Source of the DNA: a bacterium
GTDB lineage: Bacteria; SZUA-182; DTGQ01; JAFGSM01
DNA length: 25,645 bases
Assembly: GCA_049472335.1 (NCBI GenBank)
Contig: JBLIRO010000071.1
Coordinates: forward strand, 1 to 25,645
Reading direction: 5' to 3'
Part shown: positions 1-9,337 of the stretch, one piece after another
Layout: the number at the start of each line of letters is the position of its first letter
Position numbering within the stretch: the stretch's first letter is position 1
The notes under the pieces: model-generated
Seen by the model: the letters and a program-made list of their open reading frames with translations, nothing else
Database searches by the model: none
What the model was told of the DNA's origin: nothing
Program-made: the position numbers and the translations under genes

Positions 1-2
1 CG

Positions 3-2021
3 GATCCCAATATCAATCAAGGAGCCACTGAAGTCTGTGACAATTTAGACAATGACTGTGACGGTGCAGTAGATGAAGATCTGGGAACGACAACATGCGG
101 TCTGGGTGTGTGTTTGCACACTATTAACAATTGTGTTGGCGGTGTGACCCAAATCTGCGATCCGATGGAAGGAGCTAGCCAAGAAATTTGTGACGGTTTA
201 GACAATGACTGTAATGGTACGGTTGATAAAGATGATCTTGGCAATCCGCTAACTCAATCCTGTTACAACGGACCTGCAGGCACGTTAGACATAGGGATTT
301 GCAAAGCAGGAGCACAGATCTGTACAGAAGGAATGTGGAGTGATGAATGTGTTGGTGAGGTTACACCAAGTGACGAGATCTGTGACGGGTTTGACAATGA
401 CTGTGATAGTGGCGTGGATGAAGATGAGCTTGGCAACCCGCTTACACAACCCTGTTCAACAGTGTGCGAAACTGGAATAGAGACATGCAAAAATGGTGAA
501 TGGAAAGACTGCACTGCTAAACTTCCTCCTTGTGGTTTTTGTATATTCACATTGGACATAACAGCCACAGGTCAGCTCATAACAGGTTATGAAAATAATA
601 TAAGTGAGGTTACTATTGGCATAGATCCCAACTACGGAACTGAAAAGAGCCCGCCCAGTCCACCGCCCGACTCTACAGCTTACTTGAAAATCGTGGGTGG
701 AGATTATGGTTTTATCAGAGACATAAGGCCACCGGGATCTGAACAAGAGATATGGGAGTTGAGCATGATAATAGGGGAAGCTGCCGATCCCAACTATCCG
801 AATTACTTCCCAATATTAAGCTGGGATGCCAACGCAGTTTGTCCTCCGGATCCTAATAATGGTTATCTGAAACTATATTCAGTAAATGACCAGGGTGTTC
901 TTACCCTGCTTGTTTCGGACATGTCTCAGACCGGTCAATATCAGACACAAGGATCAGAGGGACAGTATTTAGCTTCGCAAGATATGTATGTTTTTACTTA
1001 TCATATAATCTGGTCCAAGTGTGTGCCTGTTGAAATGGACTTCTCGGAAGGCTGGAGTATGATATCGCTTTCTGTAGAACCGGATAACCCGAAAGTCAAA
1101 GAATTGTTTCCTGATGCTGTAGTCGTTTATACCTACGAAAGGGGTAAGGGATATGTTCGTGTGGAAGAACTGCAGGTAGGCAAAGGATACTGGATACTAT
1201 TTCATGAGAGTCAAAGCTGTGAATTTTGCGGCAAGCCAATCCATTCCTATAGCAAGACGGTATATAGTGATGGATGGGAGATGATCGGCGGATGTACATC
1301 CGATGCACGGCCAACGGCGGATAGCTGTAAAATTGACGTTATTTACAGATTTGTAAAAGGAAAGGGATATCAAAGGGTTTTTCATGAATCAGAGCCTTTG
1401 GAGCCTGCAGGGGGATTTTGGATACTTCTTGAAGATGTCGTTGATCAATGTGTGATTACGGTAGAAGAATTGAAGTCTTCCGACAGGCTCAGGCTGCAAT
1501 CCGGCAACGAGGGTAATAATCCGGTTAAAAGAATGCGCATCGTAAGCCCGGAACCGGCGGATGAAAACTGGAGACTGGGAATAACAGGGACAGGGCAGGC
1601 CATGGTCGGAGCCAACAACACAAGTACCATATATATCGGTATGGATATGATCCCTCTGAGTTTCAAGGCCCCCGGGTATCTGCCTAATTATACCGTTGAT
1701 TTAAGGCTGGCCGGAGGCTTGCTCGAAGATATCAGGGAAACAGGACCTGTCCGTCAGGTTTGGAGCTTGCTGGTTGAGGTCGGCCCATATGCAGTGTATG
1801 GAATGAAAGGTTATTATCCTGTCCTGTCATGGGATGCAAAGGATATAGGCGCAGGAACGCTTAAAATGCTTCGTGGACATGAATATGGGGATTTGTTGGT
1901 TTGCGACATGAGAAGTATTAATACGTATCAAACTCAGGAGGCAGATTTCGCCTGTTCCTACTCCTTTTTAAACAGGACATTTTTATCATATACGATTATC
2001 TTTGATTACTATGGTAATTGA
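3..2021 (+). CDS. Large exported protein, 5'-partial: MopE-like Cys/Asp metal-binding repeats, two copies of an unnamed ~155-aa domain and a GW..IS/G.GYW tandem domain
   Basis: The frame is open from position 3 (DPNINQGATEVCDNLDNDCDGAVDED...), so the listed start at 108 is internal. Three E(V/I)CDx(L/F)DNDCxxxVDxD motifs. Stop TGA at 2019-2021 is followed by a terminator. Confidence 0.85.
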   Translation, partial: DPNINQGATEVCDNLDNDCDGAVDEDLGTTTCGLGVCLHTINNCVGGVTQICDPMEGASQEICDGLDNDCNGTVDKDDLGNPLTQSCYNGPAGTLDIGICKAGAQICTEGMWSDECVGEVTPSDEICDGFDNDCDSGVDEDELGNPLTQPCSTVCETGIETCKNGEWKDCTAKLPPCGFCIFTLDITATGQLITGYENNISEVTIGIDPNYGTEKSPPSPPPDSTAYLKIVGGDYGFIRDIRPPGSEQEIWELSMIIGEAADPNYPNYFPILSWDANAVCPPDPNNGYLKLYSVNDQGVLTLLVSDMSQTGQYQTQGSEGQYLASQDMYVFTYHIIWSKCVPVEMDFSEGWSMISLSVEPDNPKVKELFPDAVVVYTYERGKGYVRVEELQVGKGYWILFHESQSCEFCGKPIHSYSKTVYSDGWEMIGGCTSDARPTADSCKIDVIYRFVKGKGYQRVFHESEPLEPAGGFWILLEDVVDQCVITVEELKSSDRLRLQSGNEGNNPVKRMRIVSPEPADENWRLGITGTGQAMVGANNTSTIYIGMDMIPLSFKAPGYLPNYTVDLRLAGGLLEDIRETGPVRQVWSLLVEVGPYAVYGMKGYYPVLSWDAKDIGAGTLKMLRGHEYGDLLVCDMRSINTYQTQEADFACSYSFLNRTFLSYTIIFDYYGN

Positions 2022-2123
2022 AAAGATTTTGGAAACTGTTTCAGGAGATTGCGGGTAGATCAGAACCTATGCTGTAAGTCATAGAAATTTGCCGTGAAGC
2101 TGCGAAGGCCATTACTAAAAATC

Positions 2124-2161
2124 AAAAAAGGGATTAGAGATTTTTCTCTAATCCCTTTTTT
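2124..2161. terminator. Bidirectional intrinsic terminator
   Basis: AAAAAAGGGATTAGAGA-TTTT-TCTCTAATCCCTTTTTT between convergent genes. Confidence 0.85.
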
Positions 2162-2322
2162 ACAGGTTTTTTACAGGCAGATTTTCCACTCATTTCAAAA
2201 AGCTATCTGAAATCAGTTTGATTATAGTATGTAATTAAAAAAGCACAAAGAAAGTCCTTCTGAGATTTGTTTAAATTTATCAATCCAAGCGGTATTACTA
2301 TCATATCAATACCATCATTCAA

Positions 2323-2922
2323 TTAAATTAACGGAAGCACAGCCGTTCCCGGCCAAAGAGCGCCACCGGTTATAGGCACTGTTGAAATAATGGGAGCAAA
2401 AGTAGCCGTTGGCCAGGCCAGTGGAACTGTCAAGGGGGCAGGGGCCGTCGGAAGCAAAGAGAATGTCGGTGCTACCGGAGCAAAGATCGCTGTCGGCACG
2501 GTTGGCACTAAAGTAGGTGTTAAGGTCGGAGTAACCGTTGGTGTTACTGTTGGTGTAAAGGTTGGCAAAAATGTTGTAAATGTCGGGGCAACGGTTGGCG
2601 TAAATGTCGGAAATGTCGGAGTAAAGGTCGGGGTCAGGCTCCACGGCATAGCACCTGGAAAGGTAGGACCGGTAACAGGTAGTGTTGGTGTAGCAGTAGG
2701 GAATAATGTTGCTGTTGGCCAAAATGTAAGCCCTCCAACAGTTGTTGGAACGGTTGGGGTAAAGGGCAGGGTCGGCGCGGCAAGGGTTGTAAATCCAGGG
2801 GCAAGCGTGGTTGTCGGAAATGTGGTAAATGGTGGCAGGATTACGGCAAAACCATGCGCTGACACCAGGATAAAAATTGTAATTATAAACAAACTGATGA
2901 GAAAAAATTTGGGCGATCTCAT
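2323..2922 (-). CDS. Secreted Pro/Thr-rich low-complexity (mucin-like) protein
   Basis: SD GGGAGA before ATG; basic then hydrophobic signal peptide; mature part made of PT(F/V/L)T-type repeats with no charged residues. Confidence 0.75.
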   Translation of the reverse strand: MRSPKFFLISLFIITIFILVSAHGFAVILPPFTTFPTTTLAPGFTTLAAPTLPFTPTVPTTVGGLTFWPTATLFPTATPTLPVTGPTFPGAMPWSLTPTFTPTFPTFTPTVAPTFTTFLPTFTPTVTPTVTPTLTPTLVPTVPTAIFAPVAPTFSLLPTAPAPLTVPLAWPTATFAPIISTVPITGGALWPGTAVLPLI

Positions 2923-3399
2923 TTATAAATTCTCCCTAAAATATACTTAGATGTTTTAAAAAATTTTTAGGCAATAGAAAAGCCACTTTGCTTCTAAATA
3001 TTTTAATGATTCGTTAATACATCTCCTCCTTTATTGAATCGATCTATTCTCCCGCATGGGTGAATAAATGATAGGGTTTTTAATTAATCCGCATTTAGAA
3101 GTTAAAAAGATATATATGAATATAATTAGGACCATTAAATTAAAATGGTTTACTTTGATCCTTATATTCGCTCCTTATAAATAGATTATACTTGCTCCAG
3201 TCACAAAAAGTCTAAATTTTAAAGAAAAGCAGGACATATATGATATATTTATAATAATTATTTATAATATGTTAGAAATTTATTGAAATAAAAACTTTTT
3301 TAGAGGCAATTTTGCTTCACTATAAATAAGACGGTCAAAAGATAAAATTATTATTGATGTTTGTAAAAAATGATTATAAGTAAATCAATATTCTTAGAA

Positions 3400-3771
3400 T
3401 GATCCAGGGAATCCATTATTTCCCTTGAGTTTCGTTCTTTAGCGTCTTTCCCGTCAAGATGGCATTCGCCTCTGTTTGAGCATGCATAACAAATATTTCT
3501 GGGAGGATCGGCGTGGACATTCCTGGCTGCAAGCTCTTGTCCCTTGACATGAAGGCAAATTTTTTGATCCTTTCCCTATGCCTTCAGCAAGGAAGTTTAC
3601 ATCCAGGGAAGCCAACTCTCCGATCCCCTCCCTTTTTATTATCTTATTAATCATTTTAAAGTTTTTGAGGCTTAGTACGGTTTTTTGTTTTTTGAAAACC
3701 TCAGCTTGATGCAGGAGGTTTTCAAAATTCGCTTTAATGAAAATAATACTAATAGAATCAAACAGCTCCAT
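3400..3771 (-). pseudogene. Frameshifted internal fragment of an aldehyde:ferredoxin oxidoreductase (AOR family)
   Basis: One frame gives INKIIKREGIGELASLDVNFLAEGIGKGS. After a shift near 3555-3565 another frame gives LHVKGQELAARNVHADPPRNICYACSNRGECHL...IMDSL, matching the AOR motifs REGIG, HVKGxE and YAxSNRGACH. Confidence 0.75.
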
Positions 3772-4097
3772 GTTTTGCCAATCTTATATTACACGGGACA
3801 GGATTTCTTGAATTTTACCAGAGTATCTTGAGATTTGGCCTTTGGAAACATCAAAGGATATTTCTTTAATTTATGATCGATCCTTCATTTTGTTCAAGTA
3901 TAAAAGAATTTAAGTCATTTGTCAAAAAAATAATAAGAAACAAATAAGAAATATTTTGGATATTTTCGATTTCAGTAAGTCAATGTAAAAACAGGCATCT
4001 TTTACGTCTATTATAAAAGGGACCAGATTATAACAGGATTAAAAGAAAATTTGATTCTGGGAGGGGGTAATTCAAGTAATGAAAGGGAGTGAATATT

Positions 4098-4940
4098 ATG
4101 AAATTTTTTAATAACAGGGGAAGTTGGATGTTTTTTGGTTTTGTGGTTTTAATGGGGACTTTTTTTATAGGGAGTTTTGTTTTTCAAAATCAATCTCGTG
4201 TAATTCCAAAGGTTGAGGCTCAAGTGGCCTCAAATTTTGGTGGTAATTCTTCAGGCTACGGATACGGAGGTATGGCGCCTCAAAATATATTATTTTCCAG
4301 GCAGTCTTTTTCCAGCTCACAGTCAGGCTATCACTATGATATTGCACGTCCTGGCGATGTTATGTTTCCGTCAGAATTATATCCTGGTGATATTATGTTC
4401 AATCAGGCTTTGTTTCCGGGCAACGTAATCTTAAATATTCCAAAAGATGGCTCGAGCGATAAAACTGAAATGAGGACCATTATGACCTGTAGCGGATGTG
4501 CCGTAACTATGTCAACCTGTGATTGGGACTGTGGGGCGACCTTTTCTTACTGTTCTGCAGGTACATTATATGGTGGCGGCCTTACCGGTTTGACCTGTCC
4601 CGGTCCTACGGGTTTAATCTGTGATGGTACCGGAAGCACCAGTATTGCCTGCCCGACCGGAGTAATCTGCGGAAACGCTGGCAATACCTTAATGACATGC
4701 AGCGGGGGAGTCTTTTGTAATATCAGTAGCGGAAACACCTCCCGGACATGCAATGTCTTTGGTTGCAGATCGTCCAGTATTGGCGTTGTTTATCCCGGTT
4801 CAGGAAATACCTTCGTTACGTGTAGCAGCGGTTTATATGGCTTGTGTGGCATACAAACAGTAGACATTTACGGCGGATCAACGATCAGCTTGTATGGAGG
4901 AAGAACCTCGTTTCAAGCCGGTTCTCCGCCTCCTTTCTAA
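4098..4940 (+). CDS. Secreted Cys/Thr/Gly-rich repeat protein
   Basis: SD GGGAG 8 nt before ATG 4098 (the listed GTG at 4089 overlaps the SD); N-terminal hydrophobic segment ending near VEAQ; about 8 T-x-x-(T)-C units with 15 Cys. Confidence 0.75.
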   Translation: MKFFNNRGSWMFFGFVVLMGTFFIGSFVFQNQSRVIPKVEAQVASNFGGNSSGYGYGGMAPQNILFSRQSFSSSQSGYHYDIARPGDVMFPSELYPGDIMFNQALFPGNVILNIPKDGSSDKTEMRTIMTCSGCAVTMSTCDWDCGATFSYCSAGTLYGGGLTGLTCPGPTGLICDGTGSTSIACPTGVICGNAGNTLMTCSGGVFCNISSGNTSRTCNVFGCRSSSIGVVYPGSGNTFVTCSSGLYGLCGIQTVDIYGGSTISLYGGRTSFQAGSPPPF

Positions 4941-4964
4941 AGGAATTCAATTGGTTAGAGTCTA

Positions 4965-4993
4965 GAGGGTCAGGCCTTGAAGGCCTGACCCTC
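4965..4993. repeat. Near-perfect GC-rich palindrome (REP-like or terminator hairpin)
   Basis: GAGGGTCAGGCCTT-G-AAGGCCTGACCCTC between convergent stops; no clear U-tract. Confidence 0.65.
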
Positions 4994-5021
4994 AATCACC
5001 CCTGCCCCGGAACATCCGGGT

Positions 5022-6053
5022 TTATGGATTTGCAGCGGAAGCAGATGCCTTTTCAGTTTTAGGAGTGTCCTTTTGTGCCTTGCCGGTGGATCGAATGGAG
5101 ATTATTTTGTTGAGGATATCAAACCAGAATGGCGCTCCAAGAGATGCTGCAAACACAGTCAGAATCAATCCAAAAAATTTTGTGATCCACCACCATATCT
5201 TTTGGGTTTTTTTTAATTTATTATCATAGAAGGGGGTATTCCACCCCATTGGTATGCCGAGCTGGCCTATCTCGTTTATCTGTGTTTTTAGATTCCCATA
5301 GGTTTTTTGGATATCTCCCGAAGGAGGCTGGGTGCCGGCATCTGTAATCCCGGCGCCTGTGTCTTCAGAGCCGGTCTGTTTGCCTGAGTTAAAGAAAGAG
5401 GGTTGCTTCGCAGCCTCCTGTGCTGCGGCGACTATAGAGGCACGCAATGTGGAATCATTGGAGAGACTCTTGAAAATCCCTATGGTGTCAATGTTCAATG
5501 AAAAGGTAAATAAAATGGCCAGGACAAAAATAATGATTTGTGTTTTTCTTTTGTACCATCCGGCAACCCGCTCCATGGAGTTATTAAACCATGATTCAAT
5601 ATTATTCAAGGCCTTATTAAAATCGGACACTCCCTTGTCAAGGTTGTTACCCGCCTCATCGATAAGAACAAGGAGCGTTTTCTTTACCTGCTTATTTAGA
5701 CTCTTGTTAGCATCAATCAACTTCCTGATATCTTCAATATTTTTGGGGCGGGTGCCGTCTACCGGCATGATAATGTCCATCAAGGCAAGGGCAAAGGTTC
5801 GTGAAGGGATATAAGAAGGTCTTTTTTTATCGCGAGAGTAAAGCCCTTTAATCAGAGGATGGTCATAAAATTTTTTGGCCAGTTCATTTCCGGGCGCGTC
5901 ATTAAGAAGGTTCCGAATCCCCTTTTCCAGATTTTTGGCGCGCATTTTCATCACAGCGGCCACCAGTTCATTGGCGGCTGTGCAAATCAAACTCAACAAA
6001 AGATATACAAAGATTAAACCAATCGCTACCTCTAAGGTTGAAGAACCAAACAT
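5022..6053 (-). CDS. Hypothetical membrane protein
   Basis: 343-aa ORF with SD AAAGGAG; three hydrophobic segments; conserved-looking blocks PSYIP, MERVAGWYKR and GAPFWFD. Confidence 0.8.
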   Translation of the reverse strand: MFGSSTLEVAIGLIFVYLLLSLICTAANELVAAVMKMRAKNLEKGIRNLLNDAPGNELAKKFYDHPLIKGLYSRDKKRPSYIPSRTFALALMDIIMPVDGTRPKNIEDIRKLIDANKSLNKQVKKTLLVLIDEAGNNLDKGVSDFNKALNNIESWFNNSMERVAGWYKRKTQIIIFVLAILFTFSLNIDTIGIFKSLSNDSTLRASIVAAAQEAAKQPSFFNSGKQTGSEDTGAGITDAGTQPPSGDIQKTYGNLKTQINEIGQLGIPMGWNTPFYDNKLKKTQKIWWWITKFFGLILTVFAASLGAPFWFDILNKIISIRSTGKAQKDTPKTEKASASAANP

Positions 6054-6277
6054 TTGGGGTTCTCCTTTCTGTTTAATGATAATGATATGTTATCCTGGTT
6101 GCCGGCAATAGACTTTTTGTAATTTCATCAATGATAGAAATTGTTTTTCGATAACAAAGTATATTTCCCAAAAGGGGATATTGTCAATATAGATTTTCAT
6201 GTTTAACGATGATTTAAGAAGTTAATAAGAAGAGTTCCTAGATTTAAAATAGTTTCCGATTATCTGAAAATAAAAAC

Positions 6278-6313
6278 AAAAAGGCAGCTCCATCGCTGAC
6301 GGATCTGCCTTTT
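6278..6313 (-). terminator. Intrinsic terminator of the PEP-CTERM gene
   Basis: Minus strand AAAAGGCAGATCCGTC-AGC-GATGGAGCTGCCTTTTT, about 30 nt after the stop. Confidence 0.7.
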
Positions 6314-6341
6314 AGAATATCCTGTAATGATGTATTGTTTG

Positions 6342-7016
6342 TTAATCTCTGATTTTTTTCTTGAATCCTAAAAATCCTATGAGCCCGAAAAATAGAAAGA
6401 AAATTGTGGATGGCTCGGGAACTATAGTGATCCAGCCGCTGTTGTCCCCGGCCGGACCAATCCCCCCCACATGAGAAGCAGTGAATAATCCGATTTCATT
6501 CTCGCCAAACACACTCATGGAATTGAAAGAATTCGCTGTAAGCCCGGGCTTGCTGATTGTAAAGACTACTACTTCAGAGGATTCGAACCTTTCTCCAGAG
6601 AAAGGATTCTGAAAATCAAACGAAATATCAAACCATCCGTCTGCGGCTGCATGAAATGAGTTGTTTCCAATCATAATGGTTGGTTCCGGACCGGTGGATG
6701 ATTGTTGATATACAAAATCACTCGGAGTGAGTGTAAATTTATCAGTATCATAATTAAAAAACCATAGGTTGACAAACTCTGAACCTGTGAGGTTGGATAT
6801 CATGGTAAGGGTTACATTCCCCGGATCGATTTCATCATCGATAATGGCAGTCAACCAGGGCGGAGGACCTTCGGGCGGAAAAGCGCCTGAATATTCCCAT
6901 TGCAGGTCCCATGAAATTACCATGGCGTTTGAAGGAAGGGAAGACAACAATAATCCAAAGGATATTAAAAAAATCATGCATAACCAAAGCTGTTGTTTTA
7001 CCTTTTGGGTATTCAT
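6342..7016 (-). CDS. PEP-CTERM sorting-domain protein (exosortase substrate)
   Basis: C-terminus VPEPSTIFFLFFGLIGFLGFKKKIRD; start reassigned to ATG 7016 (SD AAAGGAG, signal peptide ending SNA). Confidence 0.9.
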   Translation of the reverse strand: MNTQKVKQQLWLCMIFLISFGLLLSSLPSNAMVISWDLQWEYSGAFPPEGPPPWLTAIIDDEIDPGNVTLTMISNLTGSEFVNLWFFNYDTDKFTLTPSDFVYQQSSTGPEPTIMIGNNSFHAAADGWFDISFDFQNPFSGERFESSEVVVFTISKPGLTANSFNSMSVFGENEIGLFTASHVGGIGPAGDNSGWITIVPEPSTIFFLFFGLIGFLGFKKKIRD

Positions 7017-7304
7017 CTTGTCTCCTTTTTTTAATATATAAATTTTTAATATAAAATTAATTTGATCAAGGGAAAAAAAGCAATTCTTATTCCAGATTGT
7101 TCTGAGCTTACGAAGTTGAATAGTCCTATGAAATTTTTTATAACATTTAGATTTAACTGAAAATAAAATCATAAATTGTGAAACGCCTTTCACAATAATA
7201 AATTATTTTAATGGTTGTCCGGTTAATACAGAATGGAGAGAGGCATATACCTTTTGGTTTTTGGGTTGCCTTGTTTTATATCATCCTTAATATATTATCC
7301 TTGA

Positions 7305-7333
7305 TTGACAAAATTAATTATTTCTGTTAAATT
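7305..7333 (+). promoter_or_regulatory. Sigma70-type promoter upstream of the GGLY-repeat gene
   Basis: TTGACA-17 nt-TAAATT with a TG extended -10. Confidence 0.5.
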
Positions 7334-7639
7334 TTTTAATAGGTTGTGGGGTTTTTTATATTTGTTTGTCCAAACAAAACAATCTTCGGGGAATTAGATC
7401 TTTAATCAAAATTTACTCATACAAAAATGTAAAATTTTTGTTATAATATATTTAGGATCTTTTTCCTGTCAAAAACAAAAATTCAATTCCAGGACGAAAG
7501 GCCAATTACAAAATATGGGGGTAGTGAAAGGAGGTGAGGAAATAAAAAGATATTTTCCCCATATTGTTTTTTTCTCATTAATTTTTATATCTTTTATCAA
7601 AAATTAATATGTTGAGGTTTTTGAAGGAGGGTTATAAAG

Positions 7640-7975
7640 ATGAGGAAGAACGGAATTTTTGCCTGTTTTATTTTTATCCTTCTCATTGCCATCTGCTTTT
7701 GCTTCCTTAGCCAGGCTAACGCTCAGTATATTTGGACTTGGGGTAACTTTCTCGGATTGGGTGGTCTATATGGCGGTCTCTATGGCGGTCTCTATGGCGG
7801 TCTGTACGGGAGGTATGGCGGCCTGTACGGCATGTATGGCGGCCTGTACGGCATGTATGGCGGCCTGATGGGCATGTATGGCGGCCTGTACGGCATGTAT
7901 GGCGGCCTGTACGGGATGTATGGCGGTCTGTACGGGATGTATGGCGGCCTGTACGGCATGTATGGCATCTATTGA
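7640..7975 (+). CDS. Secreted Gly/Tyr-rich tandem-repeat protein
   Basis: SD AAGGAGG; signal peptide ending ANA-Q; mature (GGLY)4 then (YGGLYGM)7, one copy YGGLMGM. Confidence 0.85.
   Translation: MRKNGIFACFIFILLIAICFCFLSQANAQYIWTWGNFLGLGGLYGGLYGGLYGGLYGRYGGLYGMYGGLYGMYGGLMGMYGGLYGMYGGLYGMYGGLYGMYGGLYGMYGIY
7760..7966 (+). repeat. Coding tandem repeat: 4 x 12 bp then 7 x 21 bp
   Basis: GGCGGTCTCTAT-type units at 7760-7807; GTATGGCGGCCTGTACGGCAT-type units at 7813-7959. Confidence 0.95.
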
Positions 7976-8096
7976 GGACTATACGGCTACTATGGACCTT
8001 GATAACCTTTTTGCCTGTTCCATTTGAAGAAGCTATAAGTCGTTGATTAGCTTTTAGATTTCACTTGTTAATTATTCAATAAAAGAAGGATGAAAG

Positions 8097-8128
8097 AGGC
8101 CTGGAGGAATCTTTATCCCTCCAGGCCT
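8097..8128. terminator. Terminator hairpin
   Basis: AGGCCTGGAGG-10 nt-CCTCCAGGCCT; 11-bp perfect stem with T-rich tails on both strands. Confidence 0.75.
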
Positions 8129-8129
8129 T

Positions 8130-8500
8130 AAATTTAGATCTTGCATCTAAAATCTATTACCACCTGAAATGAACTCTGCATGCGGAGTTGTTCAGAACGA
8201 TTTTGACATCGAAATATTCCCCAAATACCCTTGAACTCAAAATCTCCCAAGGTTATATGTCATTCCATGTTTGATTGCAGCCCTGAGGGAGCAGGCTACC
8301 TGAGTAGAACTGAACTAAAACCCAGATAGTCCTGCTAACGGGCTTGAAGTACTGAATATGAATTATAAAGTAGTATTGCAAAATAGGATGAGTTTCTAAA
8401 CGAACTCCAGGAACATGTCGAAGATTCGTATTGCAGTGACTACCCGGAAATAAGAGTAAAAGCTACAAATGTGGATGAGATTGAGCATCTGTTTCTCTCG
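8130..8500 (-). ncRNA. Possible structured RNA (alternatively a decayed gene)
   Basis: Several hand-found stems, TTGACA at 8536-8541 pointing into it, terminator at its 3' end, no ORF of 60 aa or more. Confidence 0.25.
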
Positions 8501-8586
8501 TATTAATATTAATTAATAATATAACTTTATAATTTTGTCAAGAGGTGATCTTTTCACTTGTCTGAGCTGGCATAAAGGAATCAAAT

Positions 8587-8943
8587 TTAATTCTGTTCTT
8601 TTTTTATAATATTAGATGTAAACCTATCTCTGATTACTGTTGAGTTCAATAATAATCCTGCCAGAAGTGTAAGAAAGGCAACAAGGCCTATTATGATTGC
8701 TGCCTTTATCCAGGAAGCACCAAGCGTTATTCTATCATGGATTATAATAATGGCTGTACGTACCCAAATCCATGCGCCGACATATAACGATATTTGTAAG
8801 GTTATTAAAGCCCATTGTTTTTTAATTAATAGTAAAAATGGCAGAATAAAACACAATACCATTAATATAATATTGCCGCTTCTTAAAAAATGAGCCGCCA
8901 AAAGGAAATAGGCAAACAACAGAAGTATTATTCTTAAAAGCAT
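8587..8943 (-). CDS. Small 4-TM membrane protein
   Basis: 118 aa, hydrophobic, 5 nt downstream of the preceding gene in the operon. Confidence 0.8.
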   Translation of the reverse strand: MLLRIILLLFAYFLLAAHFLRSGNIILMVLCFILPFLLLIKKQWALITLQISLYVGAWIWVRTAIIIIHDRITLGASWIKAAIIIGLVAFLTLLAGLLLNSTVIRDRFTSNIIKKEQN

Positions 8944-8948
8944 TTTAC

Positions 8949-9302
8949 TTACTCCATATTTTTTTTTAAAGCGGCCCTTTTTATTTTTGGTTTCAATCCA
9001 TCAAAAAGATGAAAAAGTGTTAAAACGGGATGCCTGTACATCATGCGTGGACCTGAAAAACACATTACATCTCTAATTCTTTGCCTCATAATGGGTGTAT
9101 AACAATGAACCGGACACTTAGCACATGTGGTTTTACTTTCTTTAAGAGGACATCTGACAATGCGTTTCATGGCATACCTTAAAAGCTCTTCACATTCAGG
9201 GCATAATTTCACTCCGGTCCTGTGTCTTCCTTGACAGTAAATCTTTATCATGGCTTCAATAGTCTTGTTGTCTCTTTTTTTCCTAAAAAACTCTCCGGAC
9301 AT
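8949..9302 (-). CDS. ygbA: YgbA-like (nitrous oxide-stimulated promoter family) Cys-rich protein
   Basis: MIKIYCxxxH...LCPECEELLRYA...CP...TTCAKCPVHCY...VMCFSGPRMMYRHP signature. Confidence 0.85.
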   Translation of the reverse strand: MSGEFFRKKRDNKTIEAMIKIYCQGRHRTGVKLCPECEELLRYAMKRIVRCPLKESKTTCAKCPVHCYTPIMRQRIRDVMCFSGPRMMYRHPVLTLFHLFDGLKPKIKRAALKKNME

Positions 9303-9337
9303 AGCTTATTCTTGGTTATTGTAATATCTTTATTGTT

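Noticed and set aside
2390..2950. 186-aa Val/Gly-rich plus-strand ORF
   Set aside because: It is the antisense shadow of the Pro/Thr gene, which has the SD and signal peptide.
7017..7193. N-terminal extension of the PEP-CTERM ORF
   Set aside because: AT-rich intergenic-like sequence; the SD and signal peptide fit ATG 7016.
7760..7966. CRISPR array
   Set aside because: Units are head-to-tail with no unique spacers, are multiples of 3 and lie inside a gene.
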